A DNA stretch of 64,000 nt from Nannocystis bainbridge (GCF_028368995.1 NZ_JAQNDL010000003.1:2969752-3033751); one strand, 5' to 3'; counted from the first letter of the stretch, positions 10,666-20,992 are shown. Notes: generated by a model not told the origin, from the letters alone. Made by a program: numbers and translations.

Positions 10666-11337
10666 ATGAACGAACTGCTCCCTTGCGTCGAGGTCGACGC
10701 CCAGGTCCCTGCCACCGCCAGCGTCATCTTCCTCCACGGCCTCGGCGCTGACGGCCACGACTTCGAGCCGGCCGTCCCGGTGTTCGGCCTGCCGTGGGCG
10801 CGCTTCATCCTCCCGCACGCGCCCGCGCTGCCGGTCACGATCAACGGCGGCTTCGTCATGCCCGCCTGGTACGACATCCGCAGCCTCGGCTTCGACCCGC
10901 ACGCCGGCCCGCGCGAGGACGAGGCCCACATCCGGGCCAGCGCCGCCGCCATCACCCGCCTCATCGCCCGCGAGAACGCCCGCGGGATCGCCAGCGACCG
11001 CATCGTCCTCGGCGGCTTCAGCCAGGGCGGCGCCATGGCCCTCTACACCGGCACCCGCCACCCCGAGACCCTCGCCGGCCTGCTCGTCCTCAGCGCCTAC
11101 GAGGTCCTGGCCGACCAGCGCGCCGAGCAGCACCGCGCCAACTTCGACACCCCGGCGCTGTTCTGCCACGGCCGCAACGACCCGCTGGTCCCCGTCTTCG
11201 CCGGCCGCGCCGCCCACGACGCCGCCATCCGCCCCGGCCGCGACGTCCGCTGGCACGACTACCCCATCCAGCACGAGGTCTCGACCGCCGAGCTCCAGCT
11301 GGTCTCCTCCTGGCTGCACGAACGCCTGCCGCAATGA
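10666..11337 (+). CDS. Carboxylesterase/phospholipase (alpha/beta hydrolase)
   Basis: LHGLGADG, VTINGGFVMPAWYDI, GFSQG, HGRNDPLV and QHEV motifs. Confidence 0.92.
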   Translation: MNELLPCVEVDAQVPATASVIFLHGLGADGHDFEPAVPVFGLPWARFILPHAPALPVTINGGFVMPAWYDIRSLGFDPHAGPREDEAHIRASAAAITRLIARENARGIASDRIVLGGFSQGGAMALYTGTRHPETLAGLLVLSAYEVLADQRAEQHRANFDTPALFCHGRNDPLVPVFAGRAAHDAAIRPGRDVRWHDYPIQHEVSTAELQLVSSWLHERLPQ

Positions 11338-11339
11338 CA

Positions 11340-11535
11340 CGACCGAAGGGACATGTCCTTAATTTCAGAACATGTCCCTTCAGACACCCGCCGGCGCTCT
11401 CGATAACATGTCCCTTCGGACAGACAGAAGCGCGCCCTCTCTGACAAGAGAGAGCTTGGCAGGGCCCCTCGGGGCGGACGATCGCGCCGGCGCTTTCGAA
11501 AACATGTCCCTTCGGACATCTCGAAAGGGACCTCT
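11340..11535. repeat. Cluster of 14-bp palindromic units between convergent genes
   Basis: CATG junctions at 11352, 11371, 11407 and 11503, with 14-bp-phased partners at 11385, 11421, 11517 and 11531. Confidence 0.85.
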
Positions 11536-11558
11536 TCTTCTCTCGCGAGAGAAGAAGA

Positions 11559-12473
11559 CTAGAACCGCAGCAGCAGCGTCGCCCCGCCGATCGTCGGGGC
11601 CACCTTCGCGCGGCCTTCCTGCCAGCGGAGGAACGCCTTGCGACGCAGCACCCCGTGCGTGAACAGGCCCCAGCCGATCGCGGTCGCCACCAGCCCGCCG
11701 CCGATCAGCGGCACCCCGGCGCGGCGCTCCTCGCCGAACACGTCGGTCGTGCGCGCCGCGATCCCGAGGCCGAACACCACCAGCCCGATCGTCCCGAGCG
11801 CCGCGCCGACGATCATGCGCGGGGTCCCGTTGGGCGGCACCCTGTCCGGATCGATCGGCGCCTCGGACACCTCCACGAAGGTCGGCATCTGCCCGTTCGG
11901 CGGCCCCCAGCTGTGCTCCGCGCCCGGTAGCGGGCGCTGATAAATCTGCCACGTCCGCGGCTTCGTCCGTCCGGGCTCCCGCGGCGCCTCCACAGCCACC
12001 GACCCGCCCGGCGCCGTCGTCGGCGGCACGGTCTCTGCCGCGCGCGTCGGCGACGGCATGGTCTCCGCCGCGCTCGTCGGCGGCCCACCCGGGCCTGTCC
12101 CCGCAGCACCCGGCGAGCTCGTCGCAGCACTCGCGCCCGACGTCGGCTCGGGCCCTGCTATCGGAGCCGGCGTCTCCGGAGCGGGCGCCGGGCTCGAATT
12201 CGTCGGCGCCGAAGCAGCTCCGCTCGTCGGCTCGGCCGTCGCCGCGCCCGAAGTCGGCGCAGTCGCGACAATCATCGCAGCCGAACCCGACCACGCATGC
12301 ATCGCCGCCCGCGTCCGCGAATTCGCCCGCCCCTTCGCGCTCTGCTCCGACGATTCTGCTGGCGAACCGAGTTCACGTGCGGTCGTTGCAGATCCCACGT
12401 TCATCGGCGCCGCCTGAACCAGCGACGGCATCGCCGTCAGCAACACCGTCAAGCAGATCGCCCGCGAGCGCAT
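11559..12473 (-). CDS. Hypothetical exported membrane protein with Ala/Pro/Thr-rich linker
   Basis: Signal peptide, low-complexity linker, two C-terminal hydrophobic helices and a TLLLRF end. Confidence 0.6.
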   Translation of the reverse strand: MRSRAICLTVLLTAMPSLVQAAPMNVGSATTARELGSPAESSEQSAKGRANSRTRAAMHAWSGSAAMIVATAPTSGAATAEPTSGAASAPTNSSPAPAPETPAPIAGPEPTSGASAATSSPGAAGTGPGGPPTSAAETMPSPTRAAETVPPTTAPGGSVAVEAPREPGRTKPRTWQIYQRPLPGAEHSWGPPNGQMPTFVEVSEAPIDPDRVPPNGTPRMIVGAALGTIGLVVFGLGIAARTTDVFGEERRAGVPLIGGGLVATAIGWGLFTHGVLRRKAFLRWQEGRAKVAPTIGGATLLLRF

Positions 12474-12561
12474 GGACCTCATGGAGGGCGCATCCTCGCA
12501 CATTCGCCCCGCGAAGTCGCCGCGTGCGAGCCTCGCGCCGACTGGCTATGCTCCAGCCTGC

Positions 12562-13572
12562 ATGGTGCTGCGCATCCAAGGAAACCTCGCCCCGCCCGGT
12601 TCCCCCTGGTACGAGCGTCTGTTCGCCGACCAGCTCTGCACCATCATGCTCGCCTGCGGCTTCGACGAGTACGGCGCCAACCGCTCGCAGGACGACCTGC
12701 TCGAGGCCGGCCTCCTCGCACGCGGCTTCTCGCGCGACGACGCCGGCGCGGTCGCGCGGCTCGCCGCCGGCAAGCGCGTCGCGCCGCAGAGGCCCGCCCA
12801 GCACTGGCTCGGTCGCGGCGTCGCGTCCGATGCCAGCGGCCGCCCGGTCGACGTCGTCGTTACCCTCGTGCGCGCGGGCGACGGCAGCGCCGGCGGCGAC
12901 GCGGCCTCCGCGTTCCTCGAGGGCCTCGGCCGCTGCGACGTCGCCATGTACGGCGGCCACGGCCGCTACGGCACCGGCCCCGACTTCGACTACAACTTCA
13001 CCGCCGACCTCGTCGACGACAAGGGCGCGGTCGAGGCCAGCTTCAGCGAGTACAAGGACCTCGAGGAGTTCCTGGCCGAGCGCGGGCGAGTCAGCAAGCG
13101 CTCGCCGCTGGCGGAGTACCGGACCCTGGTCGCCCGCGGCCGCCTGCAGATCCGCCGCATCAACTCGGGCAACCTCGTGATCAACCTGCGCAACTATCAT
13201 ACGGCCGAGTTCGGCGCGCACGTGATGGTCGACCAGCTCAAGACCGACCCCAACATCCGCCGCATGTCGAAGCAGGCGTTCGACAAGCGCTACCGGCTGT
13301 GGCTGTTCCACGGCTGCCGCACCAACGATTATTTTTACAACTTGCGCAAGCTGAACCCGAAGGCCAACGCCGGCGGCCTCGACCTGCTCGGCACCCGCCG
13401 GGTGACGTATTGGAGCATGATCGGCGACACGCTGCTGCAGCTGCTCGACGCGCTGTCGCAGCGCCGCACCTTCTCGCAGATCTTGCAAACACTCCACGCG
13501 GCCAACCCCGACAACCCGGGCGACGGCGCGAAGGGCCCGAGCCACGTCGCCGACCTCGGCCGCCGCGCCTGA
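12562..13572 (+). CDS. Hypothetical protein with possible clan CD (caspase/CHAT-like) His-Cys dyad
   Basis: DVAMYGGHG and RLWLFHGC motifs, each following a hydrophobic strand. Confidence 0.55.
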   Translation: MVLRIQGNLAPPGSPWYERLFADQLCTIMLACGFDEYGANRSQDDLLEAGLLARGFSRDDAGAVARLAAGKRVAPQRPAQHWLGRGVASDASGRPVDVVVTLVRAGDGSAGGDAASAFLEGLGRCDVAMYGGHGRYGTGPDFDYNFTADLVDDKGAVEASFSEYKDLEEFLAERGRVSKRSPLAEYRTLVARGRLQIRRINSGNLVINLRNYHTAEFGAHVMVDQLKTDPNIRRMSKQAFDKRYRLWLFHGCRTNDYFYNLRKLNPKANAGGLDLLGTRRVTYWSMIGDTLLQLLDALSQRRTFSQILQTLHAANPDNPGDGAKGPSHVADLGRRA

Positions 13573-13588
13573 CATCACGGAGCCGACC

Positions 13589-14161
13589 ATGTCCACCCCC
13601 GACTTCGCCAGCCGCGTCCAGGCGTTCGCCGACAACCCCTCGCCCGCCGCCGCCAGAGCCCTCGCCGCGGAGCACGACGACCGCGCCTTCGCGGCCCTCG
13701 TCGAAGCGATGAACGACTTCATGGAGGGCCCCGACGCGCTCGCCTACCGCGAGGCCGTGCGCACCGTCGCCACCCCCGCCGTGCTCGCCACGTGGATGAG
13801 CGGCGACCTCGAGGCCCGCCGCACCGCCGCCCACGCGCTCAGCGCCCGCTTCCCCGAGCACGTCCCCTTCATCGCCCAGGGCCTGCGCGACCCCGACGAC
13901 CAGGTCCGGGCGATCTGCCGCCGGTCCCTTCGTTCATGGTCTTCGAGCCCTGTCCTTCACGACCTGTTCCTCGAGGCAGTCGCGCACGACGACCCGCGCG
14001 TGCGCCTGCTCGCGGCCGAGGGCCTCGGCAAGCTCGGCGTCGCGGCCGACCTGCCGGCGCTGCACACGGCCCTCGACGTCGAGCAGGACGACCGGACGCG
14101 CGACCGGCTGGCCTGGGCGATCGAGCGCATCGAAGATCAGGGCCCCGACGGACAGGGCTGA
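13589..14161 (+). CDS. HEAT-repeat protein
   Basis: LRDPDDQVR and DDPRVRLLAAEGLG HEAT motifs. Confidence 0.8.
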   Translation: MSTPDFASRVQAFADNPSPAAARALAAEHDDRAFAALVEAMNDFMEGPDALAYREAVRTVATPAVLATWMSGDLEARRTAAHALSARFPEHVPFIAQGLRDPDDQVRAICRRSLRSWSSSPVLHDLFLEAVAHDDPRVRLLAAEGLGKLGVAADLPALHTALDVEQDDRTRDRLAWAIERIEDQGPDGQG

Positions 14162-14365
14162 GTCTGCGGACGGTCGCGCAACCGGAGGTCGGGTCCGGTG
14201 GTCCGCGAGGTCGACCCATGACGTGAGCCTCGCGAGCGTGACGACGGAGCCTCCGCACGCACCGCCGAAGCGGCCCGCGTCACCGACGCCTCGCTCGGGC
14301 CTGGCGGCGGCGTAGCGGTTCGGCCCGCGGGTGTGCTAGCTTCCCGCGCTCTTCAAAGCCTCCTC

Positions 14366-15181
14366 ATGGCCAGCCGCTCCACCGCCCGCAAGCACACCCT
14401 CGCCGAACAGGCCGACCGCTTCGCCCTCTACCAAGAGGCCGTCAACGCCCCGATCGACAACATCGAATTCGTCGAGCGCGTCTACTCCGAGATGCGCGGG
14501 GTCAAGCCCAAGGTGCTCAAGGAGGACTTCTGCGGCACCGCGCTGCTGGCCGCCGAGTGGGCCAAGCGCGGCCCCCAGCGCCGGTCGATCGGCGTCGACC
14601 TCGACGCCGAAGCCCTCGCCTGGGCCCGCCGCCACAACCTCGCCCCCGCCGGCCCCACCATCGCCGGCCGCGTCGAGCTCGTGCACGCCGACGTCCTCAC
14701 CCCGCTCGACCACCGCGCCGACGTCGTCTGCGCCCTCAACTTCAGCTACTTCCTGCTGTCCTCGCGCCAGCAGCTGCTCGCCTACTTCCGCAACGTCCGC
14801 CGCTCGCTGCGCCCGCGCGGCCTGTTCGTGCTCGACTGCATCGGCGGCACCGAGGCCGTGGCCGACTACCACGAGCGCCGCGAGTACGACGGCTTCTCGT
14901 ACCTGTGGGACCACAGCGAGTTCAACCCGCTCGACCACACCGCCCGCTGCTCGATCAGCTTCGCCTTCCCCGACGGCTCGCGCATCGAGCCGGCGTTCGC
15001 CTACCGCTGGCGCGTGTGGACCTTGCCCGAGCTGCGCGACCTCCTCGACGAGGCCGGCTTCGCGGCGCCGCGGGTGTTCTGGGAGTACACCGACGAGAAG
15101 GACGGCTCCACCGAGTACCGCGAGATCGCCCACGAGCAGAACCAGGAGATCTGGCTGACCTACCTGGTCGCTTCGACCTGA
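14366..15181 (+). CDS. Class I SAM-dependent methyltransferase
   Basis: LKEDFCGT, IGVDLD and ALNFSY motifs. Confidence 0.85.
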   Translation: MASRSTARKHTLAEQADRFALYQEAVNAPIDNIEFVERVYSEMRGVKPKVLKEDFCGTALLAAEWAKRGPQRRSIGVDLDAEALAWARRHNLAPAGPTIAGRVELVHADVLTPLDHRADVVCALNFSYFLLSSRQQLLAYFRNVRRSLRPRGLFVLDCIGGTEAVADYHERREYDGFSYLWDHSEFNPLDHTARCSISFAFPDGSRIEPAFAYRWRVWTLPELRDLLDEAGFAAPRVFWEYTDEKDGSTEYREIAHEQNQEIWLTYLVAST

Positions 15182-15194
15182 CCCAAGGGACAGC

Positions 15195-16271
15195 ATGACG
15201 AACTTCCGCTCGGACAACAACGCTGGCCTCATCCCCGAGGCGCTGGCGGCGTTGGTCGAGGCGGCCCAGGGCGAGGCGCTGGCCTACGGCGGCGACGAGG
15301 TCACGCAGCGGGCGGCCACGCGGGTGGCCGCGCTGTTCGGCGCCGAGTCCAAGGCCGCGGTGTTCTTCGTCGCCACCGGCACGGCCGCCAACACGCTGGC
15401 CGTCGCCGCCCTGACCGAGCCGTGGCAACGCGTGCTGTGTCACCGCCACAGCCACTACAACGAGGACGAGTCGACGGCGCCCGAGCGGATCACCCAGTGC
15501 CGCACGACCCCGATCGATCCGGGCCCCGACCCGACCCGGCTCACCCCTGAAGTCCTGCTGCCGCACCTCGTCGGTCGCCGCGGCGACGTCCACGAGCCCG
15601 CGCCCGGGGTGCTGACGCTGTCCAACCCGACCGAATTCGGCACCGTCTACACACCCGCCGAGCTGGCCGCGCTGAGCCGCGTCGCCCACGAGCACGGCTA
15701 CCGCGTCCACGTCGACGGCGCCCGCTTCAGCCAGGCGGTGGCCCACGTGATGCGCACGCTCGACCTGTCCGAAGAGGCAGCTTGTCGCGCGCTCACCGTC
15801 GACGCCGGCGTCGACGCCCTGTCGTTCGGCGGCACCAAGGGCGGCCTGGCGATCGGCGAGGCGGTGGTGCTGTTCGCCGGCCGCTCACCCGCGGCCGCGC
15901 GGGCCGCCGAACGCCTGCCGTTCCTGCGCAAATCGACGGGCCACCTGCTGAGCAAGCACCGCTACGTGTCGGGCCAGTTCAACCGCGCACTCGCCCACGG
16001 CGCGTGGGTCCGCCACGCGGCCGCCGCCGCGACGATGGCCGAGCGCCTCGCCGCCGGCCTGCGCATCCGCGGCCTCACGCCCACGTTCCCGCGCGAGTCC
16101 AACGCCGTGTTCGTCGACCTGCCCGCGCCCGTCGACCGCCGCCTGCGCAACCGCGGCCACAGCTACTACCCGTTCGCCACCCCGCTCGGCCCGCGCGCCC
16201 GCCTGATGTGCAGCTTCGCCACCACGCAAGCCGACATCGACGCCTTCCTCGCCGACATCCCGCCGCCCTGA
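15195..16271 (+). CDS. ltaE: Low-specificity L-threonine aldolase
   Basis: FRSDN, TGTAAN, HVDGAR and SFGGTK (PLP lysine) motifs. Confidence 0.9.
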   Translation: MTNFRSDNNAGLIPEALAALVEAAQGEALAYGGDEVTQRAATRVAALFGAESKAAVFFVATGTAANTLAVAALTEPWQRVLCHRHSHYNEDESTAPERITQCRTTPIDPGPDPTRLTPEVLLPHLVGRRGDVHEPAPGVLTLSNPTEFGTVYTPAELAALSRVAHEHGYRVHVDGARFSQAVAHVMRTLDLSEEAACRALTVDAGVDALSFGGTKGGLAIGEAVVLFAGRSPAAARAAERLPFLRKSTGHLLSKHRYVSGQFNRALAHGAWVRHAAAAATMAERLAAGLRIRGLTPTFPRESNAVFVDLPAPVDRRLRNRGHSYYPFATPLGPRARLMCSFATTQADIDAFLADIPPP

Positions 16272-16456
16272 GCACGCCGTCGAATGGCCGAGGCCCGCGA
16301 CTCCGCGAGCACGTGCCGCTCGAATGGGATGACCCAAGAGCCAGGTTTATTTCGCGTGGATGCGACGCATCCATCGTCGTCTTTCTCGCCGACATCCCGC
16401 CGCCCTGAGCGCGCCGTCGAATGGGCTGACCCAAGAGCCAGGTTTATTTCGCGTGG
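16248..16456. repeat. Direct repeats duplicating the ltaE 3' end
   Basis: CTCGCCGACATCCCGCCGCCCTGAGC at 16248 and 16385; GACCCAAGAGCCAGGTTTATTTCGCGTGG at 16331 and 16428. Confidence 0.9.
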
Positions 16457-16825
16457 GCACGAGCCTCGATCGTCGCCGTCTTCGCGACGTCGGTGCTCGC
16501 CGCCCGAATCAACGCCGCATGAGCGACCCGCTCCGCGCCGCGGCGATCATCGATCGTGTCTCGCTACCGGCTCCGATCTGCACCGCCTCACGCCGGCGCC
16601 CGAGCCCGCGGATCATGTCCTCCCCTGGGGGCCCCCCCCATTATTAAAGTGGTTCGGAACTGCGCATGTGCGGCTCTTGGGCCTCGACCGTCGCCTGGAG
16701 ACAACCGCGTCGGGCGGCTCGACGACTAGAGCCGGAATTCTCACCCAGCCCCGATCTGCTGCCAAATGGCTGCGGAGAGGCTGCGCGCTTGCACGCCTCG
16801 GCACGCTTCTTCACGCTGGGGGGCG

Positions 16826-17848
16826 ATGGCCATCGTTTTCGCCTTCACCGTCGCCGCCCTCGTGTTCGCAGCGCCTGCCGCGCCCGGACCTACGCGCACT
16901 GCGACGACGGTCGCGCCCGCCTCCCCGGGTGCGCCGCCGGCCGCGAAGAACCTGTCCTCAGGGACAGCCAACACCACCGCCGAGCTGCGCGTCGACTGGC
17001 GCGACCGCGTCGCCATCGGCGTCGCTTCCATGCAGAGCGCCGACCCGGCGCGGCTCGCCCGACTCGAGCAGCTCCAGCCCGACCGCAAGGTCGAGGACGC
17101 CGTGTTCTTCTCCCCGGGAGAGCTGCAGGACCCGCGCGTCGCACCTGTCCTTTTGCGCAGGTTGCTTCAGAGCACCGACCCCGTGAAGGTCCGCTGCGCC
17201 ATCGTCGAGGCCCTGCCGCTGACCGGCGGGGATTGGCAGGAGGGCGCCGCCGCGTTGGTCGCTCTCGACGCCTCGCCGCAGGTGCGCAAGCAGTTGGTCC
17301 AGGTCATGCGCTACGCCGGCGCGCCCTTCAACCTCGACGGCCTGCGCCGCGGCTTCAAGGACGAGGACGGCGAGGTCAACATCGCCGCCGCCCGCACCGC
17401 CGGGTTCGCGCGCAACGGCGAGGAGCTGTTCCCCGAGCTCTACTCGAGCACCTTCGACAGCGACTGGGACCTGCGCGCCGCCGCCGTGCAGGCGCTCGGC
17501 ATGTTGCGCTTGCCCAAGTCGCGCGACGTCCTGATCAAGGCGCTCGGCGACGACGAGCGCGAGGTCCGGCTGCAGGCCTTCCTCGCCCTCGAGCAGATCG
17601 ATCCCGAGGGCATCATCTGGCTGCCCGAGCTCGAGTCCCTGGCCAAGGATCGCAAGAGCCACCGGATCGCCCGCAAGGCCGAGCTCATGCTGCGCAAGCG
17701 CAAGGCCGCCGAAAAGGCCGCCAAAAAGGCCGGGCGCCCGATCACCGGCGCGCGGCCGACCGCGCCCGAGCCGAGCCCGCCCGCCCGGGGTGGTGGTGGC
17801 TCGGCGAGCGGCGCGATCAAGCTCGACCCCTCCGCGACCCAGCCATGA
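16826..17848 (+). CDS. Exported HEAT-repeat protein
   Basis: Signal peptide followed by repeated D..VR..A..AL units. Confidence 0.8.
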   Translation: MAIVFAFTVAALVFAAPAAPGPTRTATTVAPASPGAPPAAKNLSSGTANTTAELRVDWRDRVAIGVASMQSADPARLARLEQLQPDRKVEDAVFFSPGELQDPRVAPVLLRRLLQSTDPVKVRCAIVEALPLTGGDWQEGAAALVALDASPQVRKQLVQVMRYAGAPFNLDGLRRGFKDEDGEVNIAAARTAGFARNGEELFPELYSSTFDSDWDLRAAAVQALGMLRLPKSRDVLIKALGDDEREVRLQAFLALEQIDPEGIIWLPELESLAKDRKSHRIARKAELMLRKRKAAEKAAKKAGRPITGARPTAPEPSPPARGGGGSASGAIKLDPSATQP

Positions 17849-18861
17849 GAGCGATCGCCCAGACCCTCCACGGCGGCCCCGAGGTCCTGCAGGTCTTCGT
17901 CGACGTCCCCGAGCCCGAGCCGGGCCCGCGCGACCTCGTCGTCCGCGTCCACGCCACCGCGACCAATCCGGTCGACACCAAGGTCCGGCGCGGCGGTGCG
18001 GCGGGCAGCCCCGTCGCCGCGCCGCCGCTCGTGCTCGGCTGGGACGCCAGCGGCGTCGTCACCGCGACAGGTCCCGAGGTCACCCGGTTTCGCGTCGGCG
18101 ACGAGGTCTACTTCGCCGGCGACGTCAGCCGCCCCGGTTCGTACGCCGAGTCCGTCGCGGTCGACGAGCGCATCGTCGCCCATCGCCCCAGGACGCTCTC
18201 GCACCTCGACGCCGCCGCGATCCCGCTGACCGCCCTGACCGCCTGGGAGGCGCTGGTCGAGAACATGGGGGTGATCCCCACCGATCACAGCCCCGAGCAC
18301 GCGCGCACCTTGTTGGTCGTCGGCGGCGCCGGAGGTGTCGGCTCGATGGCGATCCAGATCGCGCAGCAGGTGTGCGGCCTCCGCGTGATCGCCACCGCCT
18401 CGCGGCCGGAGAGCGCCGCGTGGTGCACCCGGCTCGGCGCCGACGCGGTGATCGACCACACGAAGCCGCTCCTGGACCAGCTCCGGCAGCACGGCGACGA
18501 CGGCGTCGACCTCGTGCTCAACACCGTCCAGCCGACCCAGAACCTGGCGCAGCTGCTCGAGGCCGTGCGGCCGTTCGCCCACGTCTGCGGGATCGTCGCC
18601 CCGAACGGCCCGCTCGACCTCGGTCCGCTGTTCCGCAAGCGCGGTCACATCTCCTTCGAATACATGTTCACCCGCCCCCTCTTCGCCGCCGACCCGTCGC
18701 GCCAGGGGGAGATCCTCGCGCGGGTCGCCGACCTCCTCGACCAGGGGGTGTTGCTGCCCACGCGCACCACCACCATGCCCTGGGACCAGGTTCAGGCCGC
18801 GCACCGCCTGCTCGAGACGGGGCGCTCGGTCGGCAAGACCGTGCTGGAAGTCGTCCCGTAG
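17845..18861 (+). CDS. Zinc-type alcohol dehydrogenase-like/quinone oxidoreductase (MDR family)
   Basis: NPVDTK, LGWDASG, PLTALTAWE, GGAGGVG and FEYMFTR motifs; ATGA coupling to the upstream gene. Confidence 0.9.
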   Translation: MRAIAQTLHGGPEVLQVFVDVPEPEPGPRDLVVRVHATATNPVDTKVRRGGAAGSPVAAPPLVLGWDASGVVTATGPEVTRFRVGDEVYFAGDVSRPGSYAESVAVDERIVAHRPRTLSHLDAAAIPLTALTAWEALVENMGVIPTDHSPEHARTLLVVGGAGGVGSMAIQIAQQVCGLRVIATASRPESAAWCTRLGADAVIDHTKPLLDQLRQHGDDGVDLVLNTVQPTQNLAQLLEAVRPFAHVCGIVAPNGPLDLGPLFRKRGHISFEYMFTRPLFAADPSRQGEILARVADLLDQGVLLPTRTTTMPWDQVQAAHRLLETGRSVGKTVLEVVP

Positions 18862-18976
18862 CGCCGCGCGAGTGCGCCGCGCGCCGGCGGGCGTGATCTG
18901 GGCCAGATCAGAAGCCCACCCCCCGCCGCCGGAACTTCCGGGTATAACCCCACGCGTCGCCATGCTCAGTCCACGC

Positions 18977-19822
18977 ATGCCCATCCCGACGGTAGAACAG
19001 CTCGGTCCGCGCTTCGCCGAGTTTCTCCGCGGACTCAAGCGGCCGCTCATCTTCTTCGACACCGAGACCACGGGCACCGACCCGGCGCTCGATCGCGTCG
19101 TCGAGATCTCGATGATCCGCATCAGCGCCGAGCGCGGGGTCGAGCCGCCGCGCACCTGGCGGATCAACCCCGGTGTGCGGATCCCGATCGAGGCCAGCGA
19201 GATCCACGGCATCACCAACGAAGACGTCGCCGACAAGCCGACTTTCGGCCAGATCGCCGACGAGCTGCAGAGCTACCTCCGCGGCTGCGACCTCGCCGGC
19301 TTCAACATCGGCCGCTTCGACGTCCGCGTGATGCACACCGAGTTCGCCCGCGTCGGCAAGGCCTTCGACATGTCGGGCGTGCGCGTCATCGACGCCCAGG
19401 TCATCTATCACCAGAAGGAGCCCCGCAACCTCACCGCGGCGATGCGCTTCTACTGCGAGAAAGAGTTCGTCGACGCCCACGGCGCCGAGGCCGACACGAT
19501 CGCCACGCTCGAGGTGTTCGCCGGCCAGCTCGAGCGCTACGGCGAGCTCGGGCTCGAGATCGAGGCGCTGCACGAGGTCTCCAACATCACCAGCGCCGGC
19601 TTCGTCGACAGCGCGCGCCGCTTCATCTGGCGCGACAACGAGCCCGTGTTCAACTTCGGCCGCCTCAAGGGCAAGTCGCTGCGCTGGGCCGCCAGCGAGC
19701 CGAACGAGCGCGCCTACATGCGCTCGATCGTCACCGGCAACTTCGACGAGGACACCAAGGGCATCGTCCGCGACGCCCTGACCGGCCGGATCCGCGTGCG
19801 CCCGCGCGAGACCGAGGGCTAG
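18977..19822 (+). CDS. DEDDh 3'-5' exonuclease (DnaQ-like)
   Basis: FFDTETTG, GFN...FD and HGAEAD motifs. Confidence 0.9.
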   Translation: MPIPTVEQLGPRFAEFLRGLKRPLIFFDTETTGTDPALDRVVEISMIRISAERGVEPPRTWRINPGVRIPIEASEIHGITNEDVADKPTFGQIADELQSYLRGCDLAGFNIGRFDVRVMHTEFARVGKAFDMSGVRVIDAQVIYHQKEPRNLTAAMRFYCEKEFVDAHGAEADTIATLEVFAGQLERYGELGLEIEALHEVSNITSAGFVDSARRFIWRDNEPVFNFGRLKGKSLRWAASEPNERAYMRSIVTGNFDEDTKGIVRDALTGRIRVRPRETEG

Positions 19823-19880
19823 CCGCAAGGACATGTTCCGGGGGGCATGTCGCTTCGGACATGTCCCTCGAAACATCCAC
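19820..19880. repeat. 14-bp palindromic unit array filling a convergent intergenic gap
   Basis: CATG at 19832, 19846 and 19860; CATC at 19874. Confidence 0.9.
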
Positions 19881-19882
19881 GT

Positions 19883-20893
19883 TCACGGCGTCGGCGGCTT
19901 CTCGCCGGGCTTGTCGAGCCCGTTGCCCGGCTTGTCGAGCCCGTTCTTGTCGAGCAGGCTCTTCTCGAGCCCGTTCTTGTCGCCGTTGAGCGCGAAGAAG
20001 CGGAGCGTCGGCGTATCGAGGACCACCGTCGTGCCTGGGGGCACGCTGCGGGTGAGCCACACGTTGCCGCCGATCGTCGAGCCGCGGCCGATGACCGTAT
20101 CGCCGCCGAGGATCGTCGCGCCGGCGTAGACCGTCACTTCGTCTTCGATCGTCGGGTGGCGCTGGACCTTGCGACCGGCCTCGCGCGACTTGACCGACAG
20201 CGCGCCGAGGGTGACGCCCTGATACAGCTTCACGCGGTTGCCGATGACCGACGTCTCGCCGATCACCACGCCTGTGCCGTGGTCGATGAAGAAGCTGCGG
20301 CCGATGGTCGCCCCCGGGTGGATGTCGATGCCCGTGCGGGAGTGCAAGATCTCCGCGATCATGCGCGGGAGCAGCGGGACGCGGCGGCGGTACATGTGAT
20401 GGGCGATCCGGTGGCCTGCGATCGCGGTCACCCCCGGGTAGCTCATGATGATCTCGGCGTCGCTGCAGGCGGCCGGGTCGCCGGCGAGCGCGGCCTGGAC
20501 GTCGGCGGCGAGGGCGGCCCGGATCGAGGGGATCGCCTGCAGCAGGTCGAGCGCGTGCTCATGGGCGGCCTGACCGATCTCCTCGGCGGGCCGGCGGCCG
20601 TGGCTGCAATCGACCGCGAGCGAGCGGGTCACGACCTGCTCGAGGCGGCGCAGGATCCGGGCGCAGCGGGCTCCCACGAAGTAGCGGACCGTCAGGTCGT
20701 CGAGCGGCTCGTAATTGAAGTAGCCCGGGAACACGATCGACAGCACGTCGTCGAGCAGCTCCGAGACCTCGCTGCGGGCGGGCAGGTTGTTGCCGTCGAT
20801 GTGGTTGATGTTCCCGTGGTCGCGGTACGACTCGAGGACCCCCTCGACGACGCTCGCGAGCCGGCGTTCGTGGTCATTCACGGCGAGAACCAT
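19883..20893 (-). CDS. cysE: Serine O-acetyltransferase
   Basis: GDPAA, SYPG, GIDIHPGA, FIDHGTGVVIGET, YQGVTLG and RHPTIED motifs. Confidence 0.92.
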   Translation of the reverse strand: MVLAVNDHERRLASVVEGVLESYRDHGNINHIDGNNLPARSEVSELLDDVLSIVFPGYFNYEPLDDLTVRYFVGARCARILRRLEQVVTRSLAVDCSHGRRPAEEIGQAAHEHALDLLQAIPSIRAALAADVQAALAGDPAACSDAEIIMSYPGVTAIAGHRIAHHMYRRRVPLLPRMIAEILHSRTGIDIHPGATIGRSFFIDHGTGVVIGETSVIGNRVKLYQGVTLGALSVKSREAGRKVQRHPTIEDEVTVYAGATILGGDTVIGRGSTIGGNVWLTRSVPPGTTVVLDTPTLRFFALNGDKNGLEKSLLDKNGLDKPGNGLDKPGEKPPTP

Positions 20894-20992
20894 AGTCGAA
20901 CCGGGGGCCGTCTCCACGGGGCATGTGGTTTTTTGGCGTCGCACGCGGACCGGGTTTAAGCTGGTGCAGGTTTGCCCGCGTTACCGCTCCAC

